Shown: piece after piece, positions 1-12,100 of the stretch | Position numbering within the stretch: position 1 is the stretch's first letter | How the letters are laid out: the number at the start of each line of letters is the position of its first letter | Assembly (NCBI GenBank): GCA_013265495.1 | Contig: MU058636.1 | Coordinates: forward strand, 5,677,741-5,741,740 | Origin: Vicugna vicugna | Lineage: Eukaryota | DNA length: 64,000 bases | Direction: 5' to 3' | Translations under genes and position numbers: made by a program | Notes under the pieces: generated by a model | The model's database searches: none | Seen by the model: the letters and a program-made list of their open reading frames with translations, nothing else | Told to the model about the DNA's origin: nothing

Positions 1-1170
1 CTATTGAATAATTAGGAAAATGAAAAAGAAGAAAGCAAAAGGAAAAAAATAATAGTAAATGCATTAGAAAATAAGAAAAAAGTGAAGAAATCACAAAATC
101 ATGTGTAAAGTCCCAGTAAAAATTAGAAATGATAGAGGAGTTATAACTTGTAGAAAACATATGTTAAATACATACATATAATTAATTACTAGTTATAATG
201 ATCAAAGGGTCAGTTCAACAGGAAAATAGAACAATTATAAATATACCTAGCATATAAAAACTTTCAGAATAACTAATGAGAAATATTTGTTCATATTATT
301 ATTATCTATATTAATAAAAATAAAGCTTTGAGAGAATTAAAAGTAGAAATAGATAAACTATGCTTCTGTATATCAGAAAATAATGCTTCAAGGATTCTAG
401 CTACTTCCTAATTATGTTATAGATTTAATGCAATTCCAGTAAACATCATAATGAAATTTTGATTTAATTTGTTTTTCAACCTGACAAAGTTCATCTGGAG
501 GGTTAAATAAGAGAATGTACAGAATATTTTGAAAGGAAGAGAAATGAGTTACACAAGATATAGTATAGTAGTAAAACTGTGATATCTAAAATATTGTAAT
601 GCTGATGTCAGGATAGAACATTAATTGAATGAAATGTCCAAATATTATAACATTTTGTGTATCTTATATATTGGAAGACATTACAACATAATTTGGAATG
701 AATACTTCAATAATTTCTGTTGATACAAATGACTGAATTTAACCTTGCAGGTATACCTCTTGGGAATCTCTTTTATGAAAATAATCCTCAAATGGAGTGG
801 GACAAAAATATTAACTGTAGCTTTATTCATAATTGTACAGAATTTTAAACACCTGAACACTGAGTAGGGGGTTAGTTAAGATAACCATAGTTAATTTACA
901 ACTCACAAATAGAAATATTACACTTATTAAAATGATTACAAATGGTATGTCATTATAAGGGAAAATGCTTATAAATTTTATGTGAGGTAAAATGGGAAGT
1001 AAAATCATATAAATGGTGTGATTATAACTACTTAAACGTAATAAAAATGACTTTGCATAAAGGGAATAATAGGAAATACATATACCAATATGTTAATTGT
1101 AATTTTGTGTTTTATTGTAGTCTGAGTAGAATTTTTATATTCATTTATAATTTATAATTATAAAAATAAG
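1..1170 (+). mobile_element. Ancient, fragmented L1M (L1ME-like) LINE-1 remnants
   Basis: A-rich strand with degraded ORF2 motifs: atgatcaaagggtcagttcaacaggaaaatagaacaattataaatata (endonuclease region) and agatttaatgcaattccagt (late ORF2); no intact frame. Confidence 0.6.
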
Positions 1171-1639
1171 CAAATATTTTCATTACTTTTTCAGGAATTA
1201 TATTAATATTTAAAAAATTCATTGCCAATTTATTTTTCAGAATTTATTACAAATTTTTTGAAAAAGATTTCTATTATTAAGATCCTGATTGTATTATACT
1301 GAAAGTTTGGTGAACATGCCAAGTGCTTATTTCCTTCATGAGTTTGAATTTCAATTGTGTGTTCTCTACACTGTCAAGTATGTGTCCCAAAGAATATTAA
1401 TAGACATTTAACCATATTTTAAAGGTGTAGTAATTATATAGTGTAATATTGATACAGGGATACACTAATTACATAAAACACTAATTACATAAAATACCCA
1501 GGAAATGTAATTCTTTTAGCCTCTGAATTGGGCAGTGCATCTCAAGATTTGTATATTATAACTGCCTGATCCCAAACCCCATAGACTCTAAGTGCCATGA
1601 AGTTCTGCCAAGTATTTCTTGAAGGTAGTGATTCTAAGG

Positions 1640-2370
1640 CAGGAGTTCTCAAATTTTATCCTGTATCAGAATCACAGAGGGCTTGTGATTCCATCACTTA
1701 CTGTCTGTGTGACCTTACGCTAGTTACCTAATTCTCTGTGTCTCAGGATCCCCCTCTAGAGAGGAACTGGGGGTAATAATAGTGCCTTCTTCACACGATT
1801 ATGATAATTTTGTGTTAATATATGTAATGTGCCTGGTACCACAAATAGGACTGAATTAATATCAGCTATCATTATGCTAATGATCTGTTATTACAGAGGA
1901 ACAGTATGTAACATTTATTGAGTACTTATTATGTGTTAGTAATTTTATTAGGCACATTAAGGATATAAATGCATTACATTTGTTCCTCATATATCTACCT
2001 AGTAAGTGAGAAGTTGTCACACTTATTTTTACAGTTGGGAGAAGAGAGGTCCAAAAGGATTGAGCTGGCTGGATATGACTAAGAAAAGACTTGGGGTTGC
2101 AAATTCCCTAGAGAGAAAGTTAGGAAATGTGCCAATAAATGTTGGGATTAGGATCAACAATATGTGTGGTTTATTACAAAGACCCTTCCATTAGTTAGTA
2201 AATTTTAAGTGCACTGACGTTAAAAGTGCACCTGGGTTTTCTGGATTCATTTTAGGATGTTTTGATTTAGTAGATCTGGAATATGGCCCAGGAATCTGCA
2301 TTTACAACAAGAGCCCCTCGGGAATTCTGAGGTTTGTGGTCTGAGGGCCAACCACAATTTTGAGAAACTT
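1640..2370 (+). mobile_element. MER5A-like hAT-Charlie MITE interrupted by MIR fragments
   Basis: 5' part caggagttctcaaa...atcagaatcac (~1640-1690) and 3' part gatttagtagatctggaatatggcccaggaatctgcattt...ttttgagaaac (~2260-2370). MIR-like core lies between (cacttactgtctgtgtgacctt...agttacctaattctctgtgtctcag). Confidence 0.6.
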
Positions 2371-4694
2371 AGCTAATGTTCTGAGGTAACTATGGAAAGA
2401 TATTGTAAAGTAATCATAAAAGGTTTCAAAATGTGTTTAAGGTCATACATAGCAAGCTAGTATCTGATCTTAAACTAGCATCTAGGTGCCCTGATTCTTA
2501 ATCCATTGCTCTTTCTCAACCCAGGGACCTTCGGCCTATGTGTTCTCTGAGTCCAGCATCCAACCGGCTGAACCTCAGCAAAGCTCCTTCAGGGCAGAAG
2601 GCTTGGTGATTTTTATTTGGAGCCCAGACCAGCTGAGAAGCTGGATAGGTCTAATTGCATAAAATTTTCATGAAGTTTCTGGCAAAGTAAAGAGTTACCC
2701 TGTTAGGTATAACCCTCTTTTCTTCTTGAAATTTTGTTGTAATTGGAGAGGTTGTTTTTGCTACAAATTTCAGAGCCCTGCTTAAATTCTCATGAAGTTC
2801 TAGTGCTGTTTGCAAATAGTTTCTAAGTTGATGATCATCCTACACATCTGGTTTTCTTCATTCTACCCACCCATAGCCAGATGTTTCTAGAGGATGGTGA
2901 TCTCGTGGAAAGAGCAAAACTTTGGAGTCAGGAAATATTGGTTGAGTCTTGTCATGCTATTTACTAGCTAAGTGTGTCTGGGCAAATCCCTGAGCTTCTC
3001 TATACTTTAATTTCTTCACTTAAAAACTGAAGAGAAAGATATATTAGTGCTTAATGTCAGAATTCAGGTAAAAGGATTTTCTGACTGTTTTGTGACATTC
3101 AATCTTTAGTTAGTGTTAGGTCCATTCTTATAGTCTAATGCTACCGTATTTGTTCTGAAGCCCCAAATTTGGAAATAATCATGTTTCTTCATCAGAAACA
3201 TACATGACACAATGGCTGTAGAGCTTTCCCAGACACTAGCTTCTTAACTGGTGAAGCAAGAACTGGCAAAAGTAATAACAAATGAAGTTTAATGCTGTCA
3301 CATTTGCTGTTAAGACAGGCATTTTGCATAATGTAATGGACTTTTGATATACCAGATTTCTTACAGAGAAATTCAAAAGGAAATAGAAACTATAAAATCA
3401 AGATGATGTTTAACTGTTCTTTTGAAATAATGATGTTTAGATATTCATAAAGAATGCTGTCAATGCTTGTTCATTCCCTTCCTACCTACCTTCTCTTTTT
3501 CCTTCCTCACTTTTATTGCTCTCTTGTTTATTCCCATTCTGGAAATGACTGACTTTTATAAAAATAATTTTTAAACATTCTGGGTTTATGGGGGGGGTCT
3601 ATTAATTTCTCCCATATGCTTAAATTATTTTCCTAATAATGAGTTAGAGACTTAAAGACTCTGACTTCTTCCTTGAAGTAGGCATTTGTTGATTCATCAT
3701 GTGAAAAGAGAAATGGATTTAGCAAAGCAACACCCAGCTAGATGAAATCATCCTACCTCCCATTCAGGTCTGTAGGGTAACACTGAGTACAGTAAGTTAA
3801 CACGAGATAAGAAATCTTGTGTAAAGAAGTCCTTAATGTTGCTACTTCACTGAGACATTTTAATGACTTGTGCCTATTTCCAAGAAATGATTATTTCTAA
3901 ATAGCATAATAATCCTATACAGTTCCAGGAAAAAAAAATCTTTTGAAGTTGCATGTAGTAGTTTACAAAAATGTTTTTAAAAGTCTTGTAGCCATTAGTT
4001 TTGCAATGACCTTATTCAGGGAAATTATTGCTTGCTTTTTGGAACTTTATATGTTCAAATTCTTCATAAAATTTACTATTTTATTATATAGTATACTTCC
4101 TTCAGTATAGTAATTGTGTCTCATTTATCTTAATAATCCTAGTACTAGCATTGTGTCTGCTATACAGTAACTGCTCTGGAAATGCTTTTAAACTGCTATT
4201 TTTGTTCTTTAGTGGAACTCAAAATGGGAAGCTTTTGCTAATTTTGTGAAGATGATCAGACTCTTCTTCTGCCCTCTCCAACCCTTTGTCCTCTGGAGGA
4301 ACTGAAGGAAGCCAGAGTACAAGCTCTTGCTAAGAGACAGTTAGGTAAACCTAGGGAAGGTTTCTTCAGAGGTTGTAGAGGATTGGGGGAAAAGGAGATG
4401 TTGACAAGACCATGGTCCCTAAACTGAAGGAAGAGTTTCCTTCCCTCTGGTCAGAGCATTTTCAAGTGTGGATGACAGAGAAGCACAAGGGAGTGAGCCA
4501 CCATGTAATTTAAATGAATGAACATGTCATTTTATAAGAATAAAAAGTCTAGATTTTAAAATACCAACTGCACTAAAACTTGTTTTGTAGTAAAAGTTGA
4601 AATACAGCTTCACTTGTAGTACAGAAAAAAGTAGAACTTTAAGAGGAAAAAAGACGGTTTCCAAATTCTACTGACATTTTTTCACTTACAGTCT

Positions 4695-4895
4695 TTCTCT
4701 CCATCACTTGCTTGCATTGTGACCTTGGGCAAGATACTTGTTCATGTCTCCATTCCTTAGTTTCCTTATCTATAAATTGAGGATGATAATTACAGTACAT
4801 ACTTGACAGGGTTGTTAGAATTTAGTCAGTTAATATTTTTTTAAACATTTAGGAAAGTGCCTGGAAAATACTAGAGACAATAAAGTTTATTTATT
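4695..4895 (+). mobile_element. MIR SINE
   Basis: tgtgaccttgggcaag...agtttccttatctataaattgaggatgataat...aaagtgcctgg matches the MIR core. Confidence 0.75.
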
Positions 4896-4934
4896 TCCTG
4901 AAATTAAAAAAAATACTAGCCTATATTTATGGTA

Positions 4935-4997
4935 GAAAGAAGGGAAGGAAGGAAGGGAGGAGGGGAATAAAGAAGGAAAGAGGGAAAGAAAGAGGAA
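4935..4997 (+). repeat. GA-rich low-complexity tract
   Basis: gaaagaagggaaggaaggaagggaggagggg... read directly. Confidence 0.85.
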
Positions 4998-5779
4998 TTC
5001 CTAATTTTTTTTAAAGGAAAAGAGTAAACATTTTGACCTTGCTCGTAAGATAATAGTACAATGATTTTTCTCACTTTTTGGTTTCTGTTACACTATGTGA
5101 CATCTTAGGGCCTGAAATGATGATAAAATAAAATGAAAAGTAAGTCTCATGTGATTCTGAATATTTAGTCTATTAAAATAAAATGATTGATTATAGCAGT
5201 AGTCTGTATGCTAGTATAAAGCTACTGCTGTTATCAACCATGGGATTCACTCACGGTTAGAATTCTGCTCTTAGCACTCAGTAATCTTCAAGTTCAGTGT
5301 CATGCCTTTCTAACCAAGTTACTCATCTGGAAATTAGCACATATCCTAAGGATTGAAAACAATAAAATAAGTGTCATAATAGTTGATTTTAATCTTTCTA
5401 GGCATATGATAGGCATATTTGTATTTTAATATTTAATAGATCTGCCATATAAATTTTCTATTTCCCAGAAAGATATTCTAAAGACTTGAGTTTCTTCGTT
5501 TACTCTATGTCCACAAATTAGAGGAGAGGTTCAAATGTTTTTGAAGACTAATATTCTTAGATAATTATATTCACCTACTGCATTTACTATGTTTCTTTAT
5601 AATGTTATGTTTTATTTCCCCAAAGTACCACCTATTTTTTTCAGCCAAGAGGAATTCCATTTAAGCACAAAACATGACATTCAAATACACCTAAGCTTTG
5701 AAAGGATTTGTATGCAATTGGAATACAGTAAAATTAGAGAATAGAGAAGTTAAGGTGTTTCAAAATACCATATAATTGG

Positions 5780-6112
5780 TGTTGTGGACAAGATGTTTGT
5801 GTTCTCCCAGAAATCATATGTTGAAGGAAGAGGTTAATTAGATTTAGACGAGATCATGGTGGTGGAGTCCCCATAATGGAATCAGTGCCCTTATAAGAAG
5901 ATGAAGAGACACCAGAGTTTCTTCTCTCTGCCGTGTAGGGACACAGGGAGAAGACAGCCGTCTGTGAACCAGGAAGAGAGCCCTCACCAAGAACCAGATC
6001 TGCTGGTGCCTTGATCTTAGACTTCCCAGCCTCCAGAACTGTGAGAAATTCATGTCTGTTGTTTATATCACCCAGTCTATGGTATTTTACTATATAAGCC
6101 TGAGCCGTATGT
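5780..6112 (+). mobile_element. Solo MaLR LTR, MLT1A/MLT1B-like
   Basis: Diagnostic MLT1 motifs: gtgcccttataagaag, gccgtctgtgaaccaggaagagagccctcacca, gccttgatcttagacttcccagcctccagaactgtgagaaat, cccagtctatggtatttt. Confidence 0.88.
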
Positions 6113-8339
6113 AGATATTATTTTCAGGTTCTGGGAACTTAATGTAAATTAAGACAGTTACTGACATTGTAGGTAATGTCCTGAGAACAGTATATATTTC
6201 CTTACCTGTCTACACAGCTACATTACAGTATAACTTTTTTGGAAGTATTTTTATATAAAATCTTTTTTTCCCTAACAGAACTTTAACTTGGTTTAAAAAC
6301 TTAAATTCATATTCATAGGTTTTAGTTGAGACTTTTTTTAAAAGGTCAAAACAGTCTCTATTTAGATTGTTTCAAAGCATAATATCTTAAGAAAATAGAG
6401 GAAGTTATTTTAAAGGGAAAAGGATTAACTTTCAAACAGAAAGGCCTGGGTTTGTTAGTTTGTTTTCCCCCTTCTCCACAGAATCTAGGGTGACTGAAAA
6501 CATGGGAAATGCTACCTGAAAATGTGGGAGAATTGAACATAATAAACTTTGCAAACCTTGAGTCACAATAAGGGGGCCCTTTCAGACATAAAAATTGCTA
6601 TGAGATGAAATTGAACAGGTCTTGGCAGCAACATCCCAGAGAGAACCAAGCACCTCAGAGAGTACGTAACTAAAGAATCCGTTTGTGCATACATGCCATC
6701 CACCATTTAAAAATTCTTAAAACCCATCATTGCTCATCTTTAAATATATTTATTTCAGAATCAGGAACATTATCAGGTAAGTTTTAGCTTTATGTTTTTA
6801 TGCTTTGGTTAGACTGAAAGAATTTGGAAACAAAATCAGAGCCCTTCAAATAAAAGCTTCACACAATTAAATGCTGTCTTGTGTTTGGTTTGTGTATTTT
6901 CCATCTCTTCCTCTGCAATCTGTTGACAATAGTTCTACAGACTTACATTCTTTATATGGATGGTGTATTTCTCTCAGTGCCTTCAGTGAAGGCATTAATA
7001 AGCTTTAGAAAAGTGTTATTTCTCTCCAAGGCCACTGTTACCACCACTGCATCAAAAAATGTTTACCAATCTTGTCTTTTTATGTTACCTCCTTAACCTT
7101 TTTCAGTTTCTTCTTTGAGTTTGCTATAAAAGTTCATAAATTTATAAAGTTATTAATCCATATAAACTTGGAAAGATTATTCCTTTTTGCTCTAGATTTC
7201 TAACAGCTAGATATTAGCTTTGCATGAAGATGTGATCCTGAATGTTGTTAATTTAGATTAAGGAAAAAGAAAAAAAAAGAAAATTATCTGTAGGACTCAG
7301 AATTCAAAACCTTTGCAAACAACCTAAGCATTTTTTTTGACACACTGATAAAAGTTATTTACCTTAGTTTCTTTATTCTATTTGTTCTACAACTGTTTGC
7401 TTCCAAACAGAAGATGTTTTTCCCTTGACAGTCTCTGTATGTAGTCCCTGTGACTATTACCAGAAATACTCTTTCTTGTAACTTTTGCAAATTGCATTAC
7501 TTAGAAATGTCTCTTTTCCTCCATTACATTTCTTCTGTTTTTAAAATGTGTTTGTGAATGACTTTAGATGTGTATTACAAATTGGATTTGAGAGATCTGT
7601 GCCAGCGTACCTGACTAAAATTCTTTCCTGCCTTCTGCCAGTGTATCAGGCTTAATGAATAGCCATGGAACTTTAAACTGCTCTTCATTTGAAATTCTCC
7701 TAAATTAGTTGCTTTTCAGAGCTTCTTGCTAATACCTTGCAATCCAAAGACATCAAAAAATTGTACTGTAATGCTTTTGTACAATACAGAGATAATTTAG
7801 AACATTAGTCAAACAATTTCAAAGGTGTCATTATTTGATAATAACCCCACCCTCAGACCATTATTGTACCACATGATGTGACTAATACTCTATCATTTCT
7901 TTTTGCTGAAACCACAGCCACAAATCAAAGAGTAAGGCATTCTGGCCTTTGGTTTTCTCAGTCAGCCTGAAAAACTGGTCACCTTTTTCAGCTTTAGCAG
8001 CTTAATATCTCACTTCAAGTTTTTAAAAATATAGCTGAGATAACATTTCCATTGCTATCTCAGTATAATAGGTGATTTATATTCTGGAATGTTATTTGGT
8101 TCTGAACCTTGTTTCAGTGTTACCTTTTTCTTATGAGATCTAAAGCTACTGTAAATTTTGGGTTTAATATATGTAAGTGGTAATTATTGAAGATATATCC
8201 AAATTTAGAAAGTCAAATCTTCACATTTATTTCCTATGGGCTTTAAAAAATGAGGAAGCACTGGCACCCATAATTTTCTTTATGACCATGCCCTCAAGTG
8301 ACTCTGAGTTTGTTTACTCTCCAGCGTGACTGCATGTAC

Positions 8340-8660
8340 CTCTTAACCTGTATAGCCTGATTTCATTTTTCCCTCTGCCTAGTATAACCTTTTTCCATTC
8401 TCATGTGTCCATTGTCTATCCAACACTTAAGCACAAGTCAAATGACACTTCCACCATGAAGCCTTCCTGGATTCTCTACAAAAAATAATGTCTCTTTTTC
8501 TTCTGGAATCACATACTACTTTATATGTACTTTTAACTTCTCATGCCTAATAATTAAGAAAAGTTTAAAAATGTATGCTTCTAAACTCTTCAAAGTCCAG
8601 GGATCCTGTCTTACTCATTCTGGAGTACCAAGCTACCAATATATGTTTGTTAAATAAGTG
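8340..8660 (+). mobile_element. L2 3' fragment
   Basis: caaatgacacttccaccatgaagccttcctg ... taaactcttcaaagtccagggatcctgtcttactcat ... tgtttgttaaataagtga, typical of an L2 3' end. Confidence 0.6.
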
Positions 8661-9048
8661 AACTATATAGATATAGCAAAACAGTGTTAATTTTATGGGT
8701 AAAAGGACAAATTTATCTAAATTGGCTCCTTAAAAAAAATGAAACCATGTTTTACAAATATACTACATGATATGATTAAAATATCAATTGATAATTATAA
8801 ATAAAATTATATAAATTTTAGAGGATTTCCTAGCATGATCATTGGGAGCTGAGAAGAAAACAACCAAGGAAACCCTTGTCACCAAGGTAAATTATATTGC
8901 AAATTACAAGCATTGAAGGAGCTGCTGTGAATGAATAGGGTATGATACTGCTAAGGTTTTGTTCACTGTTGTTTATTTTTTTAAATTAGCAACTTTGTTG
9001 TTTTTGGTCATGTTAAAAAACAAAGGTTTTAAAAAGGTATGTTTTGGT

Positions 9049-9168
9049 GGGGGGTGGCTACAGCTCAGTGGTAGAGTGTGTGTTTAGCAAGTACAATGTC
9101 CTGGATTCAGTCCCTGGTACCTCCATTTAAAGTAAGTAAGCAAGTAAATAAATAAATAAATAAATAAA
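9049..9168 (+). mobile_element. tRNA(Ala)-derived camelid SINE (Vic-1-like) with (TAAA)n tail
   Basis: tRNA-like body with A box (cagctcagtggtagag) and B box (ggattcagtccc) ending in acctcca, a taaa-repeat tail, and an imperfect TSD tatgttttggt (9038-9048) / tgtgttttgat (9170-9180). Confidence 0.85.
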
Positions 9169-12100
9169 TTGTGTTTTGATCAAGTATCTATTTGGTGACT
9201 TTAAGTACAGGGCTAACCAAAAAAAATGTAAAGCAAATTCCCTATGGATTCTGAAGCCTTTGCTGTAATCGGTGACCTAACCTGGGAATGGAGAGAGGGT
9301 GAGAACATCAATGCCTATAGGCTCCTGTAGATTCTCACTCAGCCCAGGACTCTGCCTCTAAACAGATCAAAAGGTTATGTCATAGATGGGCATCATGATT
9401 GGCATTAACATTAACTCGTAGCCAGGGACTGATCCAGAATATCTTTGCTGTTCTCTTTCCTTCTTTATCTAACAGGCACCGTCTTCTTTATTCATATATT
9501 CAAAGCCCAACTCAATGCCACTTTCTTTGGAAGACTTTACCAAGTCCAGTTAATTACTTTCTCCTTTGTCCTCTTAAAGCACTTGTACGTTTATCTGCTA
9601 TAAAATGTACCACAATGCTTACACCTCCTAATCTTCTCTAGCTAGATTCAGAAACTAAATCTAGTTTTCTGTACAAGTCCAGCCACTAGCACAGTTTCTA
9701 GCAATTCTGAAGACCGTGTATAAGCAAAGGTTTTCTTCTCCCTTCGTTATAATCATGGCACTTCATCTTACATTATTTTTAAGGCTGCTTTCACTTTCAT
9801 TTCTATGGAGCCTACAAAGAAAAGGCAAAAAGCTCACATTATCAAAGGAATGGTGAATAGAGCCAGTTCCCCATGCCTCCTGAAAATCATGAATCAGAGT
9901 AACCTGGGAGAAGTGAGAAATCTGCCAGGTCAGAGCCTGCCAGTTTCTTTGCTGGAGGCCTTTTATTCAATTAGGCAGTAGAAGGGGCACCGCCCTCAGG
10001 TACTGCCTAATACTCGGTAATCCCTGCTGTGTCTGAATTCCATCCTTCCACAGTCTTTTTCTTACTTCATCTGGCTTACAGTGGGCCTGCCATCACCTAC
10101 CCTATTACGTAGGTTTTAGCATGTACGCTAAATAAGTTTGTATTTTGGCTTCAGCTTTCAGTTTCTTTTCAGTTGTCTAATTTGATGGTTCAGTAATTTC
10201 TTACTCCTCTACATCTTAAGCAAGTCATTGTGTGCCCTTCCAATATTCCCACAGTGCAATTCCTGTGCTTTATTGCACTCAATCAGCTTGTCTGCAAAAC
10301 TTTATTTAAGCTTCATGTAGTCTTGGTTTAAAGATATATTGCTGAAGCAGACTGCTTCTACCCTGTGTGGTACTGACAGCCACCACTAATACTTTTTGCT
10401 CCAAAAAATAAATACAAAGGCCCAACTTTTGAATAAAATTCCTAACAAATATTCTGATAAGAATAGCAAACACAAGATAAGACTGACAATGCCTGAATTT
10501 TAACTGGAGAGCACAGTAAAGAATGATGACATCTTTGTGAAAACTACTAATAGTGACCCAGGGAAAATCGGATCTAGTATAAACAATAAACACAAATGAT
10601 AACTAACTGACAGCGGCTAAGACTGCACAAGGTGGAGTCTGTTTAAGACTATAGATGAACAGAAGACTCAAGGCTTGGTAATATTTAGATTGTAGAAATC
10701 AGAATTTCACAGAAATTATGGCCAAAAGAGCAAATTTACAATGGCCAGGCTATAATTGATAAAACTTAATATGGACAAAAATTGTTTCCAGGGAGCAAAT
10801 CTTCATTTAATTTATACAGAAAAGTGATTACAATAGATCATTTCAGAAAAATAAAAATGAAAGTGGACAAAAAGTGAAAATGGCTTAACTGCATTGTGTA
10901 GAGAATTGATCTATTGGCTAAACTAGTTAAACAAAATCTGGTGTATTTTTTCATCAAAGTTAGTGTACTTAGTATACTTCTGATTGGAATTACAAACACA
11001 GGGTCAAAACATCCCCGGTGTCAAAATAGCTGGGTCAAATGCCCTGTGCATATCTAATGCTGGGAGTCCCTGTTCTCTTGAAATCACTGGTGCTTCTCTT
11101 AGAAGTCTCTATGTAGGGCCATAATCACTAATTAGTAACAAAATGTCAAAATGTGTTTGTGGGTTTGCATTTTTCCTTTACGAAATGAAGATATTGTTGG
11201 GATTTGTTTCCTGTCCACTGTTTAAGTGAATGATGAGTATATCTTACAGCACGAGGCATTAGGGAGGAAAGAGCCAGGAAACTAAGCTGACTATTGAGCA
11301 GGCGTTACTAACAGTAGTTCCCAGTCACTTTGCAGTATGGACTTCTTACCATGGTGCGTTTCTACCAGCACTCCATCTATCTTGCTTTGGTACTCACAGT
11401 AAATCGTGATAAAGAGAGGCAGCTTGGGCTTGTGGAAAGGGTAGCAAACAAGTACGGAAGACCTAGTATAAATTTTAGAAATGCCAGTGATGACCTGGGG
11501 CCTGATGTGGTAGCAGTGGCCAGTAAACCATTATGTAGCTCACTGGGGTCAGATGACTTGTAAAGTTCTGTAAGGTGATTAGCACATTCCTGGGACAATT
11601 ATTTGTTTAAAAAATCCTGGAAAGAAGAGCTCTGAAACTTTTCTTAAATATTTCCTAGGGATGTCAAGCATTTAAGAGAAATAGTGCAGTACCAAATGTA
11701 AGCTATCATTTAATTTCACTTGTGTCCAGTCTAGCTTTGGTACCATGGTGTCCCCTGTCTGCACAGGGCTGCTGTCTACCATCAGGCACTAAATAATTGA
11801 GTAAGAGTTATTTTTTTGAGTTGTTGAATATATCATAAAGTTCCAGCATATGAATGAGGGGATTAAAGAGTGAACACACTAAATGTATAAGGTTGTCTAT
11901 TCAGTATATTTATAAGGCCTCAGTCTAATTTACAGAATTTATGTGTAGCTATATATTTATCCAAGGGAGATTTGTTAACCTACATTTACAGTAGGGTTGC
12001 TTTCATATATGTCTATGTAAAATTCAGAGTAAACTGAATAAGAAATACATGTAGCTTTATTTTTGGAAAGAATTATTCTAATTGCATTTTAAGCTAAGGA

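Noticed and set aside
1462..1493. 16-bp tandem duplication acactaattacataaa x2 (similar small ones near 25070, 38150 and 42480)
   Set aside because: Ordinary slippage or repair microduplications with no array structure; not CRISPR-like.
4213..4350. Putative internal exon (ttctttag ... ttag|gtaaac)
   Set aside because: All frames from the obvious acceptor hit stops, and the partial peptide is unrecognisable.
9049..9126. tRNA-like sequence as a real tRNA gene
   Set aside because: Stems are degenerate, and it has a retroposon tail and TSD, so it is a SINE.
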